A program made the position numbers and the translations under genes. The notes below the pieces were generated by a model, which was given only the letters and a program-made list of their open reading frames with translations, was not told the DNA's origin and made no database searches. DNA of 64,000 bases from Camelus dromedarius. Lineage: Eukaryota. Position 1 is the stretch's first letter. Each line of letters begins with the position of its first letter. The stretch covers positions 50,842,001 to 50,906,000 of the forward strand of contig NC_087447.1 of the NCBI RefSeq assembly GCF_036321535.1, read 5' to 3'. Positions 1-10,537 of this stretch are shown here, one piece after another.

Positions 1-135
1 CACAGAGCCCTGGGCAGCACAGCCCGCCTCCCACGCTGATGTCACGACACCCAGACCTTGGAGGGCCCTCTGACTCCGCCTCCTGGGGGAAGGCACTGGA
101 GTGGGGAGGAGAGGGCAGCAGTGCCGGCCAGATAT

Positions 136-352
136 CTGCCCTAGGCAGGAAAGGAGTGCCTGAGAGAGTTACACAGTAACAAACTAAAAGACCCAGAGAG
201 ACCCCCAGAGCAAGCCACGGAGCAAGACAGGAAGAGGAGACCTGTGTCTGCAGATTGTCTGAGACCCGCCACCCTAGCTTCCCGAGCCCTCCATGCAGGC
301 AGCAGCTGTGGCCAGGCTGGTGGGCAGCTGAGAGTGGACATCTGGGACCCAG
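136..352 (+). other. MYO7A: Exon 1 (5' UTR, non-coding); start approximate
   Basis: Purine-rich leader resembling the human MYO7A 5' UTR as I recall it, ending in a strong donor CAG|GTAAGG at 352/353. Confidence 0.8.
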
Positions 353-2212
353 GTAAGGATGGGCTGCCTACTGTCCTGGGCACTGGGAAAAGGGTTTGCT
401 GGACTTCAGGGGAGTCAAGGGCTTGGGCCACCCTGGAGTGACTGCCCCCGCAGCCACTTGCTCCTGTCTGGGCCCCCTGCTGTCTCTGACCAGGGCTGGG
501 GCGGAGGGGTGGACATGCTGTGGGTAGCAGAGAGAGTACTCTGTCCTTGTCTCTTTATCTCCTTAGGCCTCTCTCAGACACTCTCCTTGGATAAGTCACT
601 TCCTTCCTCCGGGCCTCAAATTTACCATCTGTGAAATTGCACTTTGAAGCCTCACTGGCTGAGGTTGTTGGAGGAACAAGGTAAAATCAGGCATAGGTGT
701 AGAAATGTGGATAGAGTACTGTGATCCCTGTTGTCCATTTGAAAAGCAATTAACTTGAACATGGATTAGTTTTCATTTTTAGAATAAAAAATGTCTATCT
801 TGTAGCATTTTCCTTACAGGTGGCCCTTAATTTCTGTGCCCCTGCCACCCGTTTCCACACCCCAAAGCCCTGAAGACCCTGGTTCTGCTCCTGGCTCTTG
901 TGGCTCACACTGTACAGGAGGCCAGCACCAAAGCCGGGCATCCTCTCCAGATATAGCTCCCCATGGCAGCTGCCTGCTGGCCCTTGTCAAATTCCATTCC
1001 CAACCAGGCACCCAGCCTGGGTGCAGGTCTCAGAAAGGACTGTGTGCCTGCTGTATCCCGGAGCTCCAGGGCAGAGGTCAGGGCTCAGGTGTCAGGCAGT
1101 GTCATGGGCAGAGGATCAAATGCCCCAGCGCCTTGAATGGACCTTGTGAAAAATTGATGCTCATCCTGGGAGGCAGGTAGGGGCCCAGAGGGGCCTCATG
1201 CCAGGGCCTGTGGGTTGGGGCTGCCTCTGATCAGCATACTCAGTCCTCCAAGTCCTTCCTGAGCCATCTCTGGGCCTGGCCCTGTGCTGTGTGAGGTGAT
1301 GGCTGAGCCCTAACCCTTCCCTGTGTCTACTCCCCTACATTGTGGGCAGAGGTGGGGACAGATCCCGACCAGACAACAAATCCATATAGTCAAGGTTGGA
1401 TAGAGGGAAACATCAGGGCTCTTGGCAGCCTGGGGATGATCAGGGAAGGCTTCCTGGAGGAGGTACCATCTGAACTGAGCCATGAAGCATAGGTGGGAAT
1501 TTATTAGCCAGCATTCCAGGCAGAGGGGCCAGTGTGTGCAAAGGCCAAGAGGTGTGAAAAAGGCTGGCCCATTTCAGGAATAGTGAGTGCTGAGGCTTGT
1601 AGGGCCCGAGGACAAGACTGGGACAGGAAGAAAGCAGAGAGAGGTAAGATGGAGACACACAGAGCTTGGCCTTAAATGCAAGACTGCGGGGATTAGAGCC
1701 CCCATCCTGAAGGCGGGGCGGCAGGGAAGGGTTTGGAAGGGTTTTAGGCAAGGCGTGCCATGAGCAGGTCCTGTTTAGTCTGATCCTCCTCTTGGGCCAG
1801 GCTGCCCCTTTCACCCACACTCCTGGGGCAGCCCTGAGCCCAGTGGCCAGGCACCAAATCCTAGTTCTGAATTTTCCCTGCCCTGCTGTATGACCTTGGG
1901 CGAGTCTTGGTCCCTCTCTGGACCCCTTTGCCCACAGGTCCAGGGAAGGGTCTGTCTAGACTTTCTACTTTGGGAATCTCCGAATAACAGTGATGAGAAA
2001 AGAGCTCAGCTGCTCTGGGCAGTGGAGCTGGTGACAGCAGCAGAGGCTCAGGTCACACAGGCTGGGCTGTGGCCAGAGGGAGGGAAGCCAGGGAGGGTTC
2101 CCCAGAGGGAGGGGGAACTGGGGCTTTGGGAAGAGCCCAGGTGACTCCGGCCAGGCTCGATGCCTCCAGGGCTGGCCTGCTCAGAGGCTTGACATGCTCT
2201 CTCCCCCTGCAG

Positions 2213-2276
2213 AACCGTGTCTGGCCAGGTGGGCAGCAGGAGCATTTGATAAAGGACAATGGTGATTCTTCAGCAG
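2213..2276 (+). CDS. MYO7A: Exon 2; start codon at 2259, MVILQQ
   Basis: ctgcag| acceptor; ATGGTGATTCTTCAGCAG|gtgagt; 64 nt, phase 0. Confidence 0.96.
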
Positions 2277-5200
2277 GTGAGTGCTCCCCGCACCCCAGTG
2301 GCCTTCATCTTTCTATGCCAGGAATAACCCTGTTGGGTGGCTCGTCCTGTCCCATCTCATATTCTTTCATCCATATGCTTAACTGTAGGACACCCTCCCC
2401 AAACTTTTCTTCTGGAAAACTATCTATTCTTCAAAACTCAGATGTGAAACTTTCCCTGACTCTCTCAGGCCTGGTCTAGAACTGTTTCCTCTGACTTGTC
2501 TGCTGGGGCCTCCCTTTCTCCCTGCTCTCATCTTACTGGTTAGAAATTATTTATTTACATACATCTCTGAATCCCCAGTTATTCCAGGTAGTGGAACAGC
2601 GTGTGCAAGGGCCCAAATGGGGAAAGGGAAGAGGAAGTTGGCAAGTCTACTGAAGCCAGGCCAGAAAAGGCCTTGAGCCTGCCTGGGGGGCAGCGTGTAT
2701 GGGATGACATGGCCAGAGCTGAAGCCCCCTAGATAGTATGGTGTAGAAGCAGAGGTGTTGCCCCCTCCTGAATCCTTCGCCTGCACCCCCCTCTTCCTTT
2801 GCAGGACCACATGGCCCCTGACCCTCAGCCCTTCCCCGTGATCCGCCTGAGGCTCTGATCTCCTGGTCTCCAGAGCCAGGAATGTGGGCCCTGAGCCAGG
2901 TCGGCCTGGCACCAGGCCCCAGGGCTGGTGGTGGAGGTGTGTGCTGCGGAGGCTTGGTCAGTGCCTTCCTGTCCTCCAGGACCGTCAGGGGCTACTGGGC
3001 AGCCCTGTCCTGCAGCTGTGTGTTTGTGTGTGAGTGTGAGCTGTCGATGAGTGGGCAGACTTTGGGTGCGTTCTTCAGCCCTCCTGAGCCTCAGATTCCT
3101 CACCTGTAAAATGAGGATAAAACCCCTCCTTTCCCAGGTGGTTGTAAAGATCAGATGCCACGAAGGCATCAGATGCTCAAAGTGCTGCTGCTTTCGCCTG
3201 CCTCCCGGGTCTGTTTCCCACCCCCCACCTCTTGCCTCTCCTTCCTTGTCCTGAAACACTGTCTGCCCTAGCGCCTTACCCCCCTTTCCCTGGCTGACTT
3301 CCCTGCTCTGCCCACATGAGACTCTGGTCACACTCCACCTTCTTCCCCTGTCGACCTGGGGCCTCCTGGTGAGCCTGGAAATGGTGGATGGCTTCGTCCT
3401 GCTCCCCACTGCCCCCTCAGTCCTGCTCAGAGATGGGGCTCTGTGCTAAATGAATGATTGTGATTACACCCTCATTTGATCCGAGGGGCTGGGGCGATCA
3501 ATGATACCTATCAAAGGGACGTTTGAGAGTAAAATGTCATAACACATGTAAAACTCAGCCCAATGCTAGACACAGCTTAGTAAAGATTAATTGCCATGAG
3601 GACAACTACTACTAAAATCATCAGTCGTGTTCCTGAGTAGGAGAATCTCCCATTCTTTTCTCTCTCACTTTATTTGGATAAATGTTTATTTGGAATAAGT
3701 TCTTTGAGGAGACCTCAAAGAATATGATGATTCTTTCCCCATGTGTACAGTGTCCCAATGTGGGACATACCAGTGATGGATACTCACCCACCCCTCCTTC
3801 CTTCCCTCCATTCATCCATCCCAGCCTTTTGAGCCCCCATGGAGTATGAGGCACAGGAAATGCCTTCATAAAGATGGGCTAAGAATCCAAATCTCTTCAC
3901 TCATGAAAAATTTTTATTCATTTGTTGAGGGTTTTAATTCTTCAAACATAGCATCCACATTGGTTCTACCATGTGCCAGGCACTCTCTATACCTTATCTC
4001 ATTTTATTGTCATAGGGCTATGAGGTAGGGATCTTTGTGTCCATACTGCAAGTGAAGAAAGTGAAGTCAGGTAGACATGAGCTAGGGCAGGTCCAGGCAG
4101 GATAGGGAACCATGCTGGTGAGGTGGGCAGCACACAGGGAGAGGAGACCTTGTTAGGGGGCTGCTGTGCAGGGCATGGAGCAGGCACAGGGCTCAGGGGA
4201 GGAGAGGTCAGACTTCTGCTGGGTGGCATTTGCAAAACACGGGCTCTTTCTTAGGGACCCTGTGGTAGACTGGTGAGACTCATCGTGTTAGTGGCTTTAG
4301 GGGTGGGGTGGGAGTGCCTGAAGGTTCCTAGTGTCCAGAAGCCACCTCCTCCAGCCATGTTCTCACCCAGCAAAGTGGCACTCGGCCCCTTCTCTGTACC
4401 AGGCTGGGCACAAAGGATTCAGAGACAGACTGAGTGCTGCTTGTCCTCTAGGACAAGACAAAAGGGGGAGGCAGCTCTGAAACACAGTAAGGATGCCCAC
4501 AAGTGGAACTGTGATAGCAGGCATCCGGGGGGTGGAGCAGAGTGGGAGGGAGTCTGGGGGTGGGGGAGGCTTCTGCCCTGCCTGCGGTACCCCCGGGGGT
4601 TGGTTGGTGGTGTCAGGGAAGGCTCTGAGGCCTTATGGTGGCCCAGCGCATACAGATGGGGGACTGCGGTCTCAGGAGGAGGGACTTGCCCCAGGTTGCC
4701 AGGCTAGCTGGTGTTTGTGAGAACCCAGAGATCTGTGGTGCACGTGACCCACTTCTTTAAGGACCTCAGGCAAGGCGGCTGTGCTTCAGTAAGATATGAT
4801 TCCTGGCTCTGTGGTGAGGCCAGAGTAGGGACTGGATGTACTTTGCCCAAATTCATGGATCAGAGCGAAGTTTGAAGATAAATTTGTGGACTGTTGGTAA
4901 CAGTTGGATTAACTCTTTAATGAAAACATAACGTTCTTCTTTGTCTGTTGTAACGATTTTTTGACTTAAAGTCCATTTTGTCTGATATAGTGTAGCCACC
5001 CCAGCTCTTTTTTGGTTACTGTTTGCGTGGAATATATTTTTGTCTTTTCACTTTCAACCTATTTGTGTCTTTGGGTCTAAAATGAGTCTCTTATAAATAG
5101 CATATAATTGGATCATGTGTTATGTTTTTAACCTATTCTGCAACCTCTACCTTTTAATTGGAGAGTTTAATCATTTCCATTTAAAGACTTCTGCCATTTT

Positions 5201-6033
5201 GCTATTTTTTTCTATATGTCATATCTTTTTTCCCTTAATTCCTCTATGACTGCCTTCTTTTGTGTTTAATTGATTTTTTTCCCAGTGTACTATTTTGATT
5301 CCCTTCTCATTTCCAAATATACACATATATCTTTTTTTCTTAGTGGTTACCCTGGGGTTTACAATTAACATCTTACATTTATAACAATCTAGTGGGAGTT
5401 AATATCAACTAACTTCAATACCTTGTAAAAATTCTGCTTTTATAGAACTCCATCCCTCTCCCTTTATAGTATTATAATGTGAGAAATTATATCTTTATAC
5501 ACTGTGTGCCCATTAACATAGATTTGTAATTGTTGTTTTATGCATTTGTCTTTTAAATCACATGGGAAAAAAAGAGGAGCTACAAACCCAAAATAACAAT
5601 ACTACTGCCTTTTATATTTACCTATGTGTTTACCTTACTAAGGTTCTTTATTTCTTTGTGTGGCTTTGAGTTACTGTCTAGTGCCCTTTAATTTCAGCCT
5701 GAAGGATTACTTTTGGCATTTCCTGTAAAGCAGGTCTACTAGCTTGCAAACTCCATCAGTTTTTGTTTATCTGGGAATGTCTTAGTTTCTCGTCCACTTT
5801 TGAAGGATGTTTTTGCCACATATAGAATGCTTGTTTGACATATGTTTTTTTGTTTGTTTTTTCCTTTCAGCACTTTAAATATTATAACATTCTACTGCCT
5901 TCTGGCCTCAGTGGTTTCTGATGAGAAATCATCAATTAATAATGTTGAAGATCTTTTGTGTATGACGAATCACTTCAGTCTTTGTCTTTGTCTTTTGATA
6001 GTTTGATTATAATGTTTCTCAGTGAAGATCTTT

Positions 6034-6156
6034 GTTATTGTTGTTGGGGGGGTAATTAGGCCTATTTACTTATTTTTAGAGATGATACTGGGGATTGAAC
6101 CCAGGACCTTGGCGTGCTAAGCATGCAGCTCTACCACTTGAGCTATACCCTCCCCA
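6034..6156 (-). mobile_element. tRNA-Ala-like SINE (camelid vic-1 type) nested in L1
   Basis: Reverse strand reads ggggagggtatagctcaagtggtagag...ggttcaatcccca (A and B boxes). 14-bp target-site duplication cagtga(a/g)gatcttt at 6020-6033 and 6157-6170. Confidence 0.85.
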
Positions 6157-6769
6157 CAGTGAGGATCTTTTTGAGTTTTTCCTACCTGGAATTTATTGAG
6201 CTTTTTGGTTGTGAAGATTCATATCTTTTATCAAGATGGGCACATTTTGGGTCATTATTTCTTCAGATATTCTTTCTGTCCCTCTCTTGCCTCTTCTTTT
6301 GGGATTTGCACTATGCATATGTTGGCCCATTTGATGGTGTCCCATAGGTTTCACAGGCTCTGCTCATTTTTCTTTTTCTTTTTTTCCTTTCTGCTCCTCA
6401 AACTGGATAATCTCAATTAATCTGTCTTCAGGTTTGCTGATTCTTTTTTTCTGCCTGTTCAAATCTGCTGTTGACCCCTCTAGGAAATTTTTCATATCAA
6501 TTTTATACTTTTCAACTCCATAATTTCTATTTGGTCCCTTTTATGATTCCCGTCTCTTTATTCATATTTTCTACTTGGTGAAATGTTATTCTGGTTTCCT
6601 TCAGTTCTTTGAGCATATTTAAAACAGTTGATTAAAGCCTTTGTCTATTAAGTCCAATAGTCTGGGCTTCCTCAGGGAAAATTTTCATTAATTTTTTTCT
6701 TCCTGTGAATGGACCACGCTTTCTTGTTTCTTTGCAAGTCTCGTAATTATTTTGTTGAAAACTAGACTG

Positions 6770-7020
6770 CTTTTAATTGAAGTACAGTTGATTTACAATG
6801 TAGTGTTAGTTTCAGGTGAACAGCAAAGTGATTCAGTTATATATAAACATATAACTTTATATATATATATGTATATATATTCTTTTTCATATTCTTTTCC
6901 ACTAAAGATTATTACAAGATATTGAATATAGTTTCCTGTGCTATGCAGTTGGTCCCTGTTGTTTCTCTGTTTTATATATGGCAGTGTGTATCTGTTAATC
7001 TCAAACTCCTAATTCATCCC
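6770..7020 (-). mobile_element. Short artiodactyl-type L1 3'-end fragment nested in the older L1
   Basis: ttttaattgaagtacagttgatttacaatg...tacaagatattgaatatagtt motif, shared with the element at 38100. Confidence 0.7.
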
Positions 7021-8734
7021 TAGATATTTTAATTATTATAAAGTGACAACTCTGGAAGTCAGATTCTCCCCCTCCCCAGGGTTTGTCGTTGCTGCTTGCT
7101 GTGAACTGAAGTTTTGTTTAGTGACTTGTCTAAACTATTTTTGGGAAGACTGCATTCTTTGTTGTGTGTGGTCACTGAAGTCTCTAACACACCTGGAACC
7201 AACAATCAAAACAAACAAAAAAACCCCTCAATCTTTGCAGCTGGGCTGTATGTGTGTGTTGGGGCATGACTTCAGTGCTCAGTCAGGCCGTTTAAAACCC
7301 TGCCTTAGCCTCCACATCCTGTCTGCATAGGGCAGAGATCAGTCAGAAGTGAGAGCTTAGAGTCTTCTCAAGCTTCTTCTGAACAGTCATCCAACCCTGG
7401 GCATGTACATGATCTCCAGATTCCCCAGTACATGCAGGAGTTTTTTAAAGCCCTTTTTCCCCGAAGCATCTCATTCCTCTGCCTTTCCTTCGGGCTTTTT
7501 GGAGTGTCTGTTGTTTGTTCCAATTGATCATTATTTTTCCCCAGGTGGCAACATGCCTTTGGATGTCTTTGACCAATGCCCTCCATAGCGTCTTCTCCAC
7601 CCTGGGGAGGTCCCTAGTTAGGGAATAAAGACAAGCCCTTTGCATTATCTCTTCAGGGAGATCCCAGACAGATTAAAACAACTACAATTCTTTAATAACA
7701 AGGTCTGTTCTGCCCCCTCTGACCCAATAATCACACCAGGGATACTGGCTGCCATCCTCAAGGTGGGAGGTGGGGGAGGATGGGTAGGTTAAAGCAGCAC
7801 AAAGCCCTCCTGCTGGGTTTCAGTCACTTTTCTCTTCATTATATTTTCAGATGGTTACTGTAAACCTTTGCATATTTTCTTGAGTTCTAGTATAGCTGCT
7901 TCTGACAGTTTTGCTGTATGTTTTTGGTATTTCTGTAAGAAAATGAGTTCTTGGAGTTCTCTACTCTGCCATATTTGCTGACATCACTTGCTGATGACAG
8001 TTGGCGTAGTTATTTCCTGAAAGCTTTTTGTCCCAACTTGCTGTGTATCCTAGGGTAAGTCCTTTTGCCACCTCTGAACCTGTCTCCCTGTTTGTACAGT
8101 GGGTGGCCAGAATTGAGCCAGATGGTGGTGTGGTGGGGGTGGGAGCAGCACTATGAGTCTGTGTGAGGCATGACGGAAGTACAGAGAAGGTAGTAAGGTG
8201 TGGGGACCGGGGGGCACATGGCTAGGTGGAGCCTTGGTGGTTGCGTGTGGGCAGGGAAGAGGATGGTGGGGTGGAGCATTCCTGGCAGAGGACTCAGCAT
8301 AAGCCAAGGTGGGAGGCCTTATCCTGTGAGGCCAGGCAGGAGGAGACTAGGCTGGAGGAGCAGTGAGACCTGGTTCAGGAAGAGGATCTGGTGTGACGCC
8401 AGGGTGGGTCTTGGGGGCATGAGACCTGCCTCCCAGAACTGCTGTGCAGCCACCTGCAGGGAAAGGGGCCTATTCCCAGGCTTCAGCTCAGGGGTGGCCT
8501 GGATGCAGGGGATTGAGCAGTGGGTCTGGGTCAGGCAGGTTCAGGCTCTCAGTGCTTTACTGAGTCTCTTTTGAGGGGCCTCTCTCCATCCACAAGACCT
8601 GTTTTACATCTCTTCCTTCTTACCTCTGCTTTTCTGTGCTTTGCTGTTCCCTTTCCTGGAACACCCTTTCCCGTCATGTCTGCCTGAAAAATCACAACGC
8701 CCGGGTGTCATCCTTCACATGACTTGCTCGGTTA

Positions 8735-8965
8735 CTAACAGCCAACACTCATACCACATTTGCTCTAACAGGCACCTGTCTGAATGAGTTATGCACATTA
8801 ACCTCACAAGCACCTCATGAAGTACTGTCATCCTGCCATCTGACAGATAAAGAAACAGAGGCACATGGAGGTTAAGGAACTTGCCCAGGGTCACACAGCA
8901 TGTGAATGGCCTTGCCAGTATTGAACCAGTGTTGGCTCCAGAGTCCAACCTCTTAGCAGCCATGC
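8735..8965 (-). mobile_element. MIR SINE
   Basis: Antisense MIR core (gaaacagaggcac...cttgcccagggtcacacagc...ctccagagtcc). Confidence 0.75.
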
Positions 8966-10378
8966 TAGCCTCTCTCTCTAAGGTGACTCTGTCCCTTGTC
9001 TGGTGATGCCATCCTTGTCTGCATCTGAGTCTATCCACCCCCCAGGCTGGAAGCTCTGAGGACAGTGTCCCCTAAGCTTGAGTCTGAGCCTGTGAATGTC
9101 GGTTAAATGGACAGATGGAAGGATGACTGGGGTCCCTGGAATCCCTGGAAGCTCACCACCAACACTTCCCTCTGTCTAAGGGTCTCATTCCTGGCTTCCG
9201 TGGACTCGCATGGGTAGGTGGGCAGGGGGATGTGTGCTTGTTCTGGGCTTGACTGGGGGAAGGACCCCTTCTGAGGGCACAGTCCCTGAGAGGGCACAGG
9301 AAGTGGGTGAGAATCATTGTCAGCTGTGTGCTGGGTGGCAGAGCGTTGGGTCCTCGAGGCTGGGATGGGATGGGGTAGAAGGTGGCCTGGTCCAGTGGGG
9401 CAGCTCAGAGCTCTGTGTGAGGCATCACCATCTCCTTCCTTGCCACTCCCCCTGCTCCCTCCTGTGGTTTGCTTGTTTGTTCTGGAAGCAGTTGGGCCCC
9501 CAGGACTCCAGACACTGCTCACAGCCAAAAATGAGGCCTTAAAGAGAGAACAGAAGACAAGAGGGGAGGAAGACACAGATAAGTAGAGATTGGGAAGAAG
9601 GTGGGAGTAGGAGGTCACAGGGCCTGGGCGTTCCACACCTTCTGGATGGTACGGTGGCCACTGTGGCTCTTGGCCCAGCACAGACCCGAGCCTGTGCCCA
9701 GGCCTGTGTGGCTGCCAGGACACAGGAGCCCACTGCAGGGTGAGCTCTGAGCCATTAAGGGTGGCTCCCTGTGCTGGGGAACCAGGGATGCCCTTCCCCA
9801 GGCCTCAGTGCCTCCTTTTTGGGGTGGAGATCACCAGTTGGCTGGCCTCAGACCAGAGACAGACTCTCAGGGTGCTCTCTCCCCAAAGGCCCCCCCACCT
9901 CAAGATTTTTATCTGCCCTCACTCCCCAGAGGCAGCCAGTGGGCTAGAAAGATCTTTGGCGCATCTTCTCTTTAGTCTTAAAAATTCACAAAGTTTATTG
10001 CATTTTACTCCATAACATCCCATGTTTCTTTCAGTAGAAAACATACTGATTTTCTCTAAAACTGCAGTCAAGGTGAAGTTCCAGGTGCCTGGTTTATGCT
10101 GAGGCCCGCAGCTCGTTCCCAGGTGCCGCCTCTGCAGTCCCGGTGAAGCCGGTCTGGAATCCCCAACGATGTTGGGGTGTCGGGGCCAGGATGGTAGAGG
10201 GACGGGTTGGCGCCCCCTCCCCGATCCCGCCCGCGGGCGTCACCTAAGCCGCCGTTGCCATGGGCCCGCGGCAGATGGCCGGGTTTAGGGTTCCCTGGCG
10301 GGCGGCGCGCACGGGATTAGGTGAATTAGGGAGGCCGAGCCGTGCTGTCTCTGTAGCCGCCGCCAGGCCCTCCGCGTC

Positions 10379-10537
10379 ATGGAGCCCCCTGCCCACGCCG
10401 CCGACCCCGCCGACCCCGCCGACCCCGCCGACCCCGCCGACCCCGCCGACCCCGCCGAGGCGCGCGCCAAGCAGCCCGGCAAGTGGGCGCTGGTGCGCAG
10501 CCTGAACCAGGCCCTGAAGACCTATGCGGTCCTGCCG
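10379..10537 (+). CDS. MYO7A: Putative alternative first coding exon (53-aa N-terminus MEPPAHA(ADP)6AEARAKQPGKWALVRSLNQALKTYAVLP)
   Basis: Lies in a CpG island. Kozak gtcATGG; donor CCG|GTGAGG in phase 0, compatible with exon 3. Confidence 0.75.
10400..10453 (+). repeat. Perfect 9-bp tandem repeat (GCCGACCCC)6
   Basis: Read directly; followed by a partial GCCGA unit. Confidence 0.97.

Larger units (their letters stand above)
4920..7990 (-). mobile_element. Old degenerate LINE-1 (L1M-type), with nested insertions
   Basis: AT-rich block with antisense L1-like phrases (gtccattttgtctgatat, ttttcactttcaacctatttgtgtc, tctgatgagaaatc). Boundaries approximate. Confidence 0.8.

Noticed and set aside
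10400..10453. Repeat array as CRISPR-like
   Set aside because: Head-to-tail 9-mers with no spacers, in a mammalian gene with no cas genes.
10260..10505. (PTP)n ORF and antisense (SAG)n ORF
   Set aside because: These are other frames of the same 9-bp repeat; only the ADP frame reaches an in-phase donor.
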